From the NCBI GenBank assembly GCA_965208125.1, contig OZ242320.1:4928001-4992000 (forward strand): a stretch of 64,000 nucleotides of DNA, written 5' to 3'. Below the pieces are notes generated by a model. It was given only the letters and a program-made list of their open reading frames with translations, did not search any database and was not told the origin of the DNA. Each line of letters starts with the position of its first letter. The stretch's first letter is position 1. Below are positions 1-9,591 of the stretch, piece after piece. Source of the stretch: Candidatus Latescibacterota bacterium (GTDB taxonomy: Bacteria; Latescibacterota; UBA2968). The position numbers were made by a program, and so were the translations under genes.

Positions 1-171
1 TTTGTGCCTGCAGCCCTTGCTGTGCCCATTCAGTTTATGGCGGTCGATTACCATTTGTCCAATATGTCGCGCGGGGTTGTCGATTCGCGCAATCTGGTGT
101 ATTTCGGTTCGCTGATCTGGTTGTTTTTGGTGCTTACAGTGCGCGTTATTGACATGCGGAAGTGGAGGTAG
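1..171 (+). CDS. ABC-2 permease, GldF-like (5' truncated by window edge)
   Basis: Frame 1 reads FVPAALAVPIQFMAVDYHLSNMSRGVVDSRNLVYFGSLIWLFLVLTVRVIDMRKWR*. The RGVVD..LVYF motif is typical of GldF-type permeases, and a GldG-like gene follows directly. Confidence 0.8.
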   Translation, partial: FVPAALAVPIQFMAVDYHLSNMSRGVVDSRNLVYFGSLIWLFLVLTVRVIDMRKWR

Positions 172-173
172 TC

Positions 174-1682
174 ATGCCAGTCATTGATTCCCAAAAGAGC
201 TTTGTAATTTTTATTGTGGTTGCTATCGCGCTCGTGGCACTCGGCAATCTGGTTTCCCGCAATTTTTTCTTTCGGCTGGACTTGACGGAGAATCAGATTT
301 ATTCGCTGTCGCCATCGAGCAAGGTGATACTCGAGAAGATCGACGATTTTTTGACTGCCAAAGTCTATTTTTCCGAAAATTTGCCCGGGCAATACGGCAA
401 TACACGGCGGTATTTGCAGGATATTCTGGAAGAATATGCCGCGTATTCAGATGGCAATTTTCGGTTTGAGTTTTACAGGCCTGATGACGATGAAAAATTG
501 GCGCTTGACGCGCAAAAATCGGGTATTCAGCCCGTACAATTGCAGGTACTCGAAAACGACAAGTTTGAGGTAAAACGCATTTATATGGGAATGGTGCTGC
601 TCTACGGCGACAAGCGAGAGGTGTTGCCGGTTATTCAAACGACCACGGGGCTGGAATACGAGATTACAACGCGAATTAAAAAACTGGTTGACGATAACCG
701 CTCTGTAGTCGGAGTAGCAAATACCGGGGCTTCGGCACCGGCAATGGAGCGGGTGAGTGCGAGGCTTCGGGAAGCCTACGATGTGCGTTCGGTTTTTTTG
801 AGTGCCGGCGTACCCGACGATATTGAGATGTTACTCGTCAATGGGGTTGTCGATTCTCTGTCTGAAGATGCACTCGGCGCGCTGAAGGACTATATCAACT
901 CGGGTGGCAATCTGTTTTTGGCGCAAAACAAGATCAATGGCGACCTTCAGGCGCAGCGAGGGACGCCCATTCAGTCCAATATCTTCGAGGTACTCGAACC
1001 CTTTGGCGTGAGCCTGGCTGACAATCTGGTGATGGACCGAATTTGTGGCACGGTTACGGTGTCACAGCAACGCGGTTTTTTGCGCTTTAATTCAGCGGTA
1101 GAGTATCCATTTTTTCCCGTGTTGCAATCTTTTCCCGATCACGAAATAGTCAGTGGCTTAGAGCAAGTTCAGATGCTGTTTTCCAGTGAAATTGTTTACG
1201 ATACGGCTGATTCAACGCGCCTTGTGAAGCCTTTGCTGGTCACGTCAGACCATTCGGGTGCAGCGGCCGGGTTTATCAATCTCAACCCCATTCAAAATCA
1301 GGCATTTCAATCGCTCAATGAACCGGGCAAGGTGGTTGGAGTTTACGCGACGGCTACCTCAGACAGCCTGGAAAATGTGATGAGCCAATTGGTGCTGGTG
1401 TCGTCCTCCGATTTTCTGCTCGACAGCGGGGGAGGGCAGGTGCCGTCTAATGGGATTTTTGTGATGAATGCGGTGGATGTGCTCATTGGCGACCGCGACC
1501 TCGTGGCTTTGAGATCGCGTGAGATTACAACGCGACCGCTGCAAACAGTAGAAGACACGACTCGAACCACAGTGAAAACCCTCAATATTGTGCTGCCTGT
1601 GCTGCTGGTCATTGTTTTAGGTCTGGCGCAGTGGCGACTTGTGGTGGCGAGTGCAAAGCGATTGGAGGCGCTCTATGAGTAA
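174..1682 (+). CDS. GldG-like ABC transporter auxiliary/substrate-binding protein
   Basis: N-terminal TM, RLDLTENQIYSLS motif, C-terminal LRSR followed by a TM. ATG at 174 follows GGAGG. Confidence 0.85.
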   Translation: MPVIDSQKSFVIFIVVAIALVALGNLVSRNFFFRLDLTENQIYSLSPSSKVILEKIDDFLTAKVYFSENLPGQYGNTRRYLQDILEEYAAYSDGNFRFEFYRPDDDEKLALDAQKSGIQPVQLQVLENDKFEVKRIYMGMVLLYGDKREVLPVIQTTTGLEYEITTRIKKLVDDNRSVVGVANTGASAPAMERVSARLREAYDVRSVFLSAGVPDDIEMLLVNGVVDSLSEDALGALKDYINSGGNLFLAQNKINGDLQAQRGTPIQSNIFEVLEPFGVSLADNLVMDRICGTVTVSQQRGFLRFNSAVEYPFFPVLQSFPDHEIVSGLEQVQMLFSSEIVYDTADSTRLVKPLLVTSDHSGAAAGFINLNPIQNQAFQSLNEPGKVVGVYATATSDSLENVMSQLVLVSSSDFLLDSGGGQVPSNGIFVMNAVDVLIGDRDLVALRSREITTRPLQTVEDTTRTTVKTLNIVLPVLLVIVLGLAQWRLVVASAKRLEALYE

Positions 1683-2280
1683 TTTAAAATGGCTTCTCAT
1701 AGGGATTGCAGTGCTGCTGGGTCTTTACGCGCTTTTGCAGGTGCGGGAGAGCGGATATACGACCCCTACAGGCCAGGTCTTTCCCGAAAATACTGATGAT
1801 ATTTACAAGGTTGAAATGATGACAGAGGGCGATAGCCTGACGCTACAAAAGAAGGATCTTGAATGGACGATTGTGGGACACGATACTTTGAAAGTTCGGG
1901 ACCATCGGATCACGGCACTATTTGAACAGGTGTTGAAGGTAAGTCGCGAGACCACAATGACAGACAAGGCTGACAACTGGTCTAAGTATGCCGTAGATGA
2001 CGCGATGGGAACGCATGTCAAGATCTATGATGCGAAAGATGAGATGCTCGCGCACGCGGTATTCGGCAGGTCGAGTACCGATTGGGCACGCAATTATGTG
2101 CGGATTGGAGATGGCCCAGAAGTGTATCTGACGGATCGAAGCATTGTCTATCAGGTGAGTACTGATGCGACATTCTGGGGCGAAAAACCTCCAGAACCCG
2201 CGCCCACAGCAGTGGATTCCGCAGATGCAGCGCCCGCACCCACAGTAGTAGATACCGCTAAAGCAGGGGACGAAGGATAG
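1675..2280 (+). CDS. DUF4340 domain-containing protein
   Basis: N-terminal TM and YVR...EVY motif. Third gene of the usual GldF-GldG-DUF4340 cassette, overlapping the upstream stop. Confidence 0.75.
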   Translation: MSNLKWLLIGIAVLLGLYALLQVRESGYTTPTGQVFPENTDDIYKVEMMTEGDSLTLQKKDLEWTIVGHDTLKVRDHRITALFEQVLKVSRETTMTDKADNWSKYAVDDAMGTHVKIYDAKDEMLAHAVFGRSSTDWARNYVRIGDGPEVYLTDRSIVYQVSTDATFWGEKPPEPAPTAVDSADAAPAPTVVDTAKAGDEG

Positions 2281-2298
2281 CCAGGTAGGTGGAATCAT

Positions 2299-2335
2299 AA
2301 AAAAGGCCATGGTGATTTATACCATGGCCTTTTTT
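2299..2335. terminator. Intrinsic terminator (bidirectional type)
   Basis: AAAAAAGGCCATGGT-GATTTAT-ACCATGGCCTTTTTT perfect hairpin just after the DUF4340 stop. Confidence 0.85.
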
Positions 2336-2540
2336 ATGTATCGAAAAAATCCGTAAAGACCAAAGGAGAGTGGACCGAGGCCGACGACCAGAACGCGCCA
2401 GAGAATTTTTCAGGTCTTAACGCGCAATAGCAAGCGCAATATCTGAGTTTGGGGTTGGAAACGGGCAATACAGGGTATATATTGGGCACAACTTTATCAT
2501 AAATGCAGGCGTTCATCTATATTATTAACCTCTGAAATCC

Positions 2541-3500
2541 ATGGGCAAACAAATAACAAAAAAAGGCTTTTGTGCCTACTATCTGGGCGGTCTGTTTGTC
2601 AGGATGAGCGATAACAATCTCTTTCTGCTCTGTGGCGGCCTGGCTTTTGCCACTCTTTTGTGCCTTGTACCTCTGGTCTTTCTGATCTTCTTCGCACTTG
2701 AGGCCATTCTGGACGTGAGGGCGATAGCTCACCTGGTCAATCAAACGGTGGATGTGCTCATCCCATATCCAGAAGAGGCCGAGTATCTGAAGGAGGTTTT
2801 ATCCTTGCGCGTCTCAGGTGTCATGACCTTCAAACAGGCTTATGGGATTTCGGGTTTGCTGATTTTGATAGTGAGTGCCAGTAGTCTGTTCAGCAGCATG
2901 CGAACCCTGCTCAATGCGGTCTTCAAGATCGAACACAATTTAGGACCGAAAGGGGATGAGACAGAGTTGGTCGCGATGGACCAGATAAAAAATATAAATA
3001 CCCCAGGACGCTGGATAAAATTCTTGCAAGGGATTTTGCCAATAGCAGTGGGCAAATTGAAAGATCTCACTATGGTACTTCTGGTAATCTATATTTTTCT
3101 TCTATTAGTCCTCGCTTTGCCCATCCTATCTACCGTCATCGACACTGCCCCATCTCTGCTGCACACATATATCACCTACTTCTACGGTCTTACCTCCCTC
3201 GCCCTGATTTTTGCCGTCTTTCTGGGGTTATACTGGCTGCTTCCATACCAAAAGATCCAGATAAAGATGCTGGCTACAGGTGCTTTTTGGGCTGCTCTGC
3301 TGTGGAAATTCACCGAATGGGGCTTTGGCTATTACTTGAGTCACTTCGGTTCTATATCGTATCTGTACGGGGCTTATGTTCTGCTGGTGGTCGTGGCCTT
3401 GTGGATATACTTCTCGGCAATTATTTTTATTATAGGCGCTCAGATCGCCCAGCTCTGTCGCGAAAGGCAGACTGCTGATCTTCAAAGTTCTTTGTTTTAA
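2541..3500 (+). CDS. YihY/virulence factor BrkB family membrane protein
   Basis: GGLAFATLLCLVPL, multiple TMs, and the C-terminal YGAY...LWIYFSAIIFIIGAQI signature. Confidence 0.85.
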   Translation: MGKQITKKGFCAYYLGGLFVRMSDNNLFLLCGGLAFATLLCLVPLVFLIFFALEAILDVRAIAHLVNQTVDVLIPYPEEAEYLKEVLSLRVSGVMTFKQAYGISGLLILIVSASSLFSSMRTLLNAVFKIEHNLGPKGDETELVAMDQIKNINTPGRWIKFLQGILPIAVGKLKDLTMVLLVIYIFLLLVLALPILSTVIDTAPSLLHTYITYFYGLTSLALIFAVFLGLYWLLPYQKIQIKMLATGAFWAALLWKFTEWGFGYYLSHFGSISYLYGAYVLLVVVALWIYFSAIIFIIGAQIAQLCRERQTADLQSSLF

Positions 3501-3540
3501 AAAAAGAAGCCGAGTTTTTCAAAAAACTCGGCTTCTTTTT
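3501..3540. terminator. Bidirectional terminator between convergent yihY and TonB receptor 1
   Basis: AAAAAGAAGCCGAGTTTTT..AAAAACTCGGCTTCTTTTT inverted repeat. Confidence 0.9.
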
Positions 3541-3555
3541 AACGGCTCACAACAC

Positions 3556-6225
3556 TTAAAAGTTGAAATTGTAACTGGCTTTTGCGTACAGGAATGTGCC
3601 GCCAAAACCGTAAGGGCTGTACTCCCCGAATGGCCTGCCGACTATGGGACCCGGGTTGACGCCTTCTTCGATATTATCGGGTTCGACATCGAGAATATTT
3701 TGAATGCCAGCGGTTATGGTCGCTCCGTTGCCAAGAGAAAGGCTGGACTCGAGGTCGATCAAAAATGCGTCTCCAAAGACTTGATGGCCCACGCTCCACT
3801 CATCCCAAGAACCGTAATAATTGACGCGCCCCAATGCACTCCAATAAGGCGTTATGGGTTTTGACAGGGTCAAGTTTCCGCGGTGTCTGGGAAGACCTTT
3901 CTCCAATAGCGTGATGCGTTGTTCGTCGAGAAGGTTAGAGTCGTATTTGGTCACTTCGGTGTTGGTGTAGTTATACGCGACACTCAGTTCGCCATAACAC
4001 CACACTGGCGCCGTGAGAACAAAGTCAATCCCCTGGGTTTTCGTTTCAAAGTTGTTGGTAAAGAACGCAAATTCTTGGAGGTTTCTCGCATTGATGCCCG
4101 TAGCCTCCAACTGGTCAATTTGTTGAGACGTAAGTGCTTTGTCGCTGGAGGTCGTCATGCGATCTTTCACTGAAATATTGAAATAGTCTATCGTTACATT
4201 GAGCGGAGCGATATTGGTATCGACGGGATAAACGTGCTTCGTAAAAATAAAGCCAGCCGAGATATTGACGGACTTTTCCGGTTTAAGCCCTTCGCCACCT
4301 ACCAATGCCGCTGCGGGATGGATAGAGGGAATCGTGCCTCTATTGACCAGGATAAAATTGCCGTCGTCATCTTCGCCGAACTCAGTCGTGACATTAAAGG
4401 CATTTTGCTGGCCGGGCGTGGGTGCTCTGAAGCCCGTGCTGAAACTGCCGCGCACGTTCACGTTCTCGTTCAACCCGATATTGGTCGCCACCTTGAAATT
4501 CGTCGTGGCACCAAAATCCTCAAAGTTTTCAAAACGCAGGGCAGCGCCGAGCAACCAGTTTTCCTGTGGACTAAATTCGGCATCTCCATAAATCGCCCAG
4601 TTATACCTGCTCCAATTTCCCGCGGCAATATCACCAAAACCGGGGAACCCATTGGAAGCCGAGCTAAATCCTTGACTCGCCAGGGAGCCTATTTCAAAAG
4701 ACTCGCGCTGGCCGGGCACAACTTCAAAATTTTCAGTGCGATATTCAAGACCGGCGGCAAAGAAAAACTCTTCGCTGAATGGGTATGTCACATCAAAGTT
4801 GAAATTGGTATCTGTCTGGATATAATCGCCGGGATTAAATTCCGTCGGCGTGTTGGGGCCCAAAGAGGCATTTACGGTGTTGAAGATGAAGAAATCGGAG
4901 TGGTGACGCCCATAAGATGCGCTGAGGTCCCAGGTCAGCAGCGATTGCGTCGAGCCCTTAATACCCGCCAGAAAGGCGCGGTCTTCTGTATCCGCGCCAA
5001 ATCGGGGGGTGAACCCGCCGGGAAAGAGTTCCTGGAATGTGAATAAATTGGGATCGTCAAAAACCTGTCTTAAGGCGGCTGCATCCGGTACCGAACAGCT
5101 TATGGGCACCACGGGCACATCGCCACCGCTCATATTGCCAACGAGCAATGTCGCGACCAGATTCCCGTTGACCCCATCGACAATACCCAGGGCTTCGGCT
5201 TCCGATTTCGTGTAATAGTTCGTGCCGTCCCACATCAATACGGGGCCTTGATATACAGCACCGCGCGTATTGGGATTGCGGAAGTAAAACCCGCCTTCGA
5301 CCTGTTTGCTCGCATAGTTACCGTGCCCGTAGAACTCGATATTGTCGTTAATGGTGGCACCGTAGTTGGCAAAAATTTTCAAGTCGTCTCTAACAAAGGG
5401 TTGCCCCCAAGGTTGTGCGGGATCATTCACATCAGTATTGCCCACGCGTATCAAACGCGCGGCATCGTCTCGCTGGATAGAGCGGTCAGTCTCATCTGTA
5501 TTGCCGTATTCCACGCTGAGATTGATCCATGTATCGGGTGTGCCCAGACCCATATTTCCAGCTAAGGCGTAAGTGCCCCCGTCCCCTTGCCGGAAAATAC
5601 CGGGTTTGATTTCAATAGAGCCGCTTTCGTAATTGTCTTTGAGTTCAAAATTCAACACGCCGGCAATGGCGTCAGAACCGTATTGCGCGGACGCGCCATC
5701 GCGCAGGACTTCCACACGCTTGAGGGCAATACTCGGGATAGCGGATATGTCTGGCCCCTGTGCGGCATTGGAGAGACCATTGCCCAGCCAGTAAATCACG
5801 GAGGCGCGGTGGCGTCGCTTGCCGTTGACGAGTACTAGCGCGTGGTCGGGTGCCAGCCCTCGCAGATTGGGCGGTCGCACGACGGTTGCCGCATCGCTGA
5901 TCGGCTGGAGATTGACGTTATAAGAGGGCACAACATTTCTCAGCAAGTCCTGTACATCGCTACCGCCTTGCTTGACGAAATCTTCGCCGGTAACCACATC
6001 GATGGGCACTGCGGATTCGGTGACAGAACGCGGTTGTGCGCGGGTACCAATGACCACCAATTCTTCGAGCACGACTACTTCTTCGAGTATGTCTGTAAGT
6101 GGGGGTAAGGCAGTTGTATCTGCACTTTCGGTACGCGGTGTTTCTTGTGATACGATAGTGCCACTCATCGCAAGCAGGGCAGCGAGGCCAAGGGCGAGAG
6201 ACTTGAAATGGGATTTATATTGCAT
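3556..6225 (-). CDS. TonB-dependent outer-membrane receptor 1
   Basis: Signal peptide, TonB box EELVVIG, plug motifs LVNGKRRH and VEVLRDGASAQYGSDAIAGVLN, C-terminal YNFNF. Start moved to ATG 6225 (AAGGAG RBS). Confidence 0.95.
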   Translation of the reverse strand: MQYKSHFKSLALGLAALLAMSGTIVSQETPRTESADTTALPPLTDILEEVVVLEELVVIGTRAQPRSVTESAVPIDVVTGEDFVKQGGSDVQDLLRNVVPSYNVNLQPISDAATVVRPPNLRGLAPDHALVLVNGKRRHRASVIYWLGNGLSNAAQGPDISAIPSIALKRVEVLRDGASAQYGSDAIAGVLNFELKDNYESGSIEIKPGIFRQGDGGTYALAGNMGLGTPDTWINLSVEYGNTDETDRSIQRDDAARLIRVGNTDVNDPAQPWGQPFVRDDLKIFANYGATINDNIEFYGHGNYASKQVEGGFYFRNPNTRGAVYQGPVLMWDGTNYYTKSEAEALGIVDGVNGNLVATLLVGNMSGGDVPVVPISCSVPDAAALRQVFDDPNLFTFQELFPGGFTPRFGADTEDRAFLAGIKGSTQSLLTWDLSASYGRHHSDFFIFNTVNASLGPNTPTEFNPGDYIQTDTNFNFDVTYPFSEEFFFAAGLEYRTENFEVVPGQRESFEIGSLASQGFSSASNGFPGFGDIAAGNWSRYNWAIYGDAEFSPQENWLLGAALRFENFEDFGATTNFKVATNIGLNENVNVRGSFSTGFRAPTPGQQNAFNVTTEFGEDDDGNFILVNRGTIPSIHPAAALVGGEGLKPEKSVNISAGFIFTKHVYPVDTNIAPLNVTIDYFNISVKDRMTTSSDKALTSQQIDQLEATGINARNLQEFAFFTNNFETKTQGIDFVLTAPVWCYGELSVAYNYTNTEVTKYDSNLLDEQRITLLEKGLPRHRGNLTLSKPITPYWSALGRVNYYGSWDEWSVGHQVFGDAFLIDLESSLSLGNGATITAGIQNILDVEPDNIEEGVNPGPIVGRPFGEYSPYGFGGTFLYAKASYNFNF

Positions 6226-6329
6226 GAAAAAAACTCCTTGTGTTGTGAACACTGGGGAGAAATACGGTTTTTGGACTTCAGGCATTCCAGCTTATTAAAA
6301 AAATAAAGCATCATTACCAAATGTGCTAT

Positions 6330-6366
6330 AAAAAAAGAAGGCGAGTTCTAAAAAAACTCGCCTTCT
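6330..6366 (-). terminator. Terminator of TonB receptor 2
   Basis: AGAAGGCGAGTT/AACTCGCCTTCT stem with an A-tract on the left (U-tract on the minus strand). Confidence 0.85.
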
Positions 6367-6399
6367 CAATGATGGGTGAACAATCCTTTGAACTACGAC

Positions 6400-9126
6400 C
6401 TAAAAGCCGAAGTGGTATTTGGCGTACCAGAATGCGCCGCTAAAACCAAATGGGCTGTACTGGCTGTATAAATGCCCCGAACCGCTCGTTGCATTTGGAT
6501 TGATGTCGGGATAGATATCGAGGATGTTCTGACCGCCAACGGTTACCGTTGAGTGCTCGGCAATGGTGTAACTAACCTCGGCGTCCAGTACCCATTCGTC
6601 GCCATAAACGAAGTCATCTTCTTGATCGTACCACGAACTGTAATACCGGAGACGTCCCAGCACCTCAAGCATATCGTTCAACGGTTTGACTACCGTCAGA
6701 TTCCCGCGGTGTTTGGGAAGACCCTCTTGCAATTCTCGAATCCTTTGAGCGCCCAGGGTCTCCAGATTGTGTTTGGTCACTTCGGTATTCGTCAAGTTAT
6801 ACGCCAGACTCAGCAGGCCATCACACCACACCGGAGCCGTGAGCACGACGTCAATACCCTGGGTTTTGGTGTCAAAGTCATTGACGAAAAATTTGAAATT
6901 TGTAATAAAATTCGCAGCCGTGATACCCGCCTTGAGCAGTTCATCGACTTCTGCTGGGGTCAGGGAGAAATTTTGTGAGAGCGTCAAGCGTCCCTTCACC
7001 AAAATGTGGAAATAGTCCACCGTAATATTGACAGGGGGAATACCGGTATCCACGGGAAAAACGGGAATTTCAAAAACAATACCAGCCGAGATATTGGTCG
7101 ATTTTTCGGAATCGAGCGGTTCACCACCCTTGGATTCTGCAACGGGATTGTTTGACGGAATTGTGCCGTCATTTGTCAAATCACCGATTGTGGGATCGAA
7201 GATCGTGGATACGTTAAAGGCATTTTGTTGCCCCGGCGTGGGTGCTCTAAAGCCCGTGCTAAAACTGCCGCGCACCTTTGTATTCTCGTTAAGCCCGTAA
7301 TTGGTCGCCAGCTTGAAGTTGGTCGTGGATCCAAAATCATCAAAATTTTCAAAGCGCAATGCCGCGCCGAGCAACCAGTCTTCCTGCGGGGTAAATTCGG
7401 CGTCACCATAAACCGCCCAGTTGGAGCGGCTCCAGGAGCCTGCGGCAATTTCGCCAAAGCCCGAGAACCCGTTGGACGCGACAGTAAATCCATACTCTGC
7501 CAGCGGACCTTTAACCCAGGATTCTCGTTGTCCCTGAACGATTTCAAAATTTTCCGTGCGGTATTCAAGACCGGCGGCAAAGAAAAATTGCTCGCTAAAC
7601 GGATAGGTGATATCGAAGTTGAAATTGGTATCTGTCTGGATATAGGTTCCAGGATCAAAATACGGTGCATCTTCGTGACTGGGATCAACTTGTGGTCCAT
7701 TGGGCCAGGGTTGGTTGGGACCCAAGGAGGAATTCACGGTATTGAAGATGAAGTAATCGGCTTCGTTGCGCCCATAAGACGCGCTGAGATCCCATGTCAT
7801 CAGCCCTTGCGATCCCCTAATACCCGCCAGAAAGGCGCGGTCGTCCATAAACGCGCCAAATCGGGGTGTGAAGCCACCGGGGAAAAATTCCTGGAAGGTG
7901 AACCAATCGGGGTCGTCAAAAACGCGTTGTAAGGCTGCGGCATCCGGCTCACTGCAGCTAATGGCCACGATGAACTCCTGGGGAATTCTAAGACCAGTAT
8001 CTTCGGACGGTTCGAGAACCTGTCTCAGATTGCCGGTGAGCAATGTTGCTACCAGATGCCCGTTTACGCCATCGACAATACCGAGTTCAGCAGCTTTGCC
8101 CGGATCATAATAAGTGGTGCCGTCGGACATCACTACAGGCCCCTTGAATACGCCACCTCGCGTATTGGGATTGCGGAAGTAGAAACCGCCTTCGACTTCT
8201 TTGCTGGCGTAATTCCCATGGCCGTATAATTTGACATTGTCGTTGATGTTTATGCCGTAGTTGACAAAGAATTTCAGATCGTCTCTAATGTAGGGTTGAC
8301 CCCAAATTTGTGCGGGATCTTCCACACGGTTATTGCCCACGCGTATCAAACGCGCGGCATCGTCGCGTTGCACGGAACGGTCGGTTTCATCCTCGTTGCC
8401 ATATTCCGCGCTGAAGTTGACCCAGGCATCCGGGGTGCCCAGACCGATATTACCGGCAAAAGCATAAGCGAAACCATCGCCTTGCTGAAAAATACCTGGC
8501 TTGACCTCAAAAGAACCGCCTTTGTAATTGTCTTTAAGTTCAAAATTCAACACGCCGGCAATGGCGTCAGAGCCGTACTGCGCAGACGCGCCATCACGCA
8601 GGACTTCCACGCGCTTGATGGCGATAGAGGGGATGGGGGCTATGTCTGGCCCCTGGGCGCCGTCGGCAACACCATTGGTTATCCAGTGAATAACAGCGGC
8701 GCGATGGCGGCGTTTGCCATTGATGAGGACCAGCGTATGGTCGGGTGCCAACCCACGCATACTGGGCGGTCGCACGACGGTGGAGGCATCGCTAATCGGG
8801 TTTGTATTCACATTGTAAGAAGGCACCATATCTCTCAGGAGATTTTGTACATCCGTATCGCCTTGCTTGACAAAATCTTCACCGGTAACAACATCGATGG
8901 GCACTGCGGATTCCGCTACAGAACGCGGTTGTGCGCGTGAACCAATAACCACCAATTCTTCGAGTACGACCACTTCTTCGAGTATATCAGTAAGTGGAGG
9001 TAAGGCTGTTGTATCCGCGCTTGTGGGACGCGGCTTTTCCTCTTCTTGTGATATGGCAGAGCCACTCATTACAAGTAAGGCAACGATGCCAAGGGCAAGG
9101 CACTTAAAATGCGTCTTAGATTCCAT
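6400..9126 (-). CDS. TonB-dependent outer-membrane receptor 2 (paralog of receptor 1)
   Basis: Same plug and barrel motifs, long identical stretches with receptor 1, C-terminal YHFGF. Confidence 0.95.
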   Translation of the reverse strand: MESKTHFKCLALGIVALLVMSGSAISQEEEKPRPTSADTTALPPLTDILEEVVVLEELVVIGSRAQPRSVAESAVPIDVVTGEDFVKQGDTDVQNLLRDMVPSYNVNTNPISDASTVVRPPSMRGLAPDHTLVLINGKRRHRAAVIHWITNGVADGAQGPDIAPIPSIAIKRVEVLRDGASAQYGSDAIAGVLNFELKDNYKGGSFEVKPGIFQQGDGFAYAFAGNIGLGTPDAWVNFSAEYGNEDETDRSVQRDDAARLIRVGNNRVEDPAQIWGQPYIRDDLKFFVNYGININDNVKLYGHGNYASKEVEGGFYFRNPNTRGGVFKGPVVMSDGTTYYDPGKAAELGIVDGVNGHLVATLLTGNLRQVLEPSEDTGLRIPQEFIVAISCSEPDAAALQRVFDDPDWFTFQEFFPGGFTPRFGAFMDDRAFLAGIRGSQGLMTWDLSASYGRNEADYFIFNTVNSSLGPNQPWPNGPQVDPSHEDAPYFDPGTYIQTDTNFNFDITYPFSEQFFFAAGLEYRTENFEIVQGQRESWVKGPLAEYGFTVASNGFSGFGEIAAGSWSRSNWAVYGDAEFTPQEDWLLGAALRFENFDDFGSTTNFKLATNYGLNENTKVRGSFSTGFRAPTPGQQNAFNVSTIFDPTIGDLTNDGTIPSNNPVAESKGGEPLDSEKSTNISAGIVFEIPVFPVDTGIPPVNITVDYFHILVKGRLTLSQNFSLTPAEVDELLKAGITAANFITNFKFFVNDFDTKTQGIDVVLTAPVWCDGLLSLAYNLTNTEVTKHNLETLGAQRIRELQEGLPKHRGNLTVVKPLNDMLEVLGRLRYYSSWYDQEDDFVYGDEWVLDAEVSYTIAEHSTVTVGGQNILDIYPDINPNATSGSGHLYSQYSPFGFSGAFWYAKYHFGF

Positions 9127-9218
9127 AAAAAAAACTCCTTATGAGAAGACGGAGGAGAGATGTGGGATTTGGAACATGAGGGAGAAACGAGGTTTTACAT
9201 CTCAAGCGATTTGTTTAT

Positions 9219-9247
9219 AAAATAACTCTATATAGAGCACGCGTCAA
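9219..9247 (-). promoter_or_regulatory. Putative sigma70 promoter of receptor 2 with a palindromic spacer
   Basis: Minus strand TTGACG-17bp-TATTTT. The spacer contains the perfect palindrome CTCTATATAGAG. Confidence 0.45.
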
Positions 9248-9312
9248 CATTATAATATACATCAAGCGTCAACTTATATCTTAGACAGATGTAAATGTAT
9301 GCATCTACCAAT

Positions 9313-9341
9313 TTGCAATTGAGGACTTATTTATATATATT
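9313..9341 (+). promoter_or_regulatory. Putative sigma70 promoter of the 53-aa ORF/mobA
   Basis: TTGCAA-17bp-TATATT. Confidence 0.45.
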
Positions 9342-9394
9342 TTTTGCTTCATATATGAGACAGAAGACTCGCCAGATTCAAAGGAGGTTGCGTT

Positions 9395-9556
9395 TTGAAA
9401 TCCAGTTACGTAAATAAAGATCTCGAAGAAACCAGACGTTTGCTTACGCAGGTGAGGCGGGGGGGCAAGCGGGGCAAAAGGGCGCGTAAGAAATTGGAGG
9501 CCAAAGGCATCAGATATTATACATCTGAAGAAGCCGAGAGTCTCGGTATTGAATAA
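9395..9556 (+). CDS. Small basic hypothetical protein, 53 aa (below the ORF-track cutoff)
   Basis: AAGGAGG RBS then TTG. Reads MKSSYVNKDLEETRRLLTQVRRGGKRGKRARKKLEAKGIRYYTSEEAESLGIE*, followed by a weak hairpin and T-run. Confidence 0.65.
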   Translation: MKSSYVNKDLEETRRLLTQVRRGGKRGKRARKKLEAKGIRYYTSEEAESLGIE

Positions 9557-9591
9557 ATAAAGAAAGGCTTGTGGAAGCGGCCTTTTTTCCT

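Noticed and set aside
2336-2540. Coding-like sequence after the terminator (KTKGEWTEADDQNAPENF)
   Set aside because: Short, with no start or RBS and no recognisable family. Possibly a remnant, but unsupported.
9127-9240. Cobalamin, Moco or TPP riboswitch upstream of the TonB receptors
   Set aside because: None of the conserved cores of these riboswitches was recognisable. An Rfam scan would be decisive.
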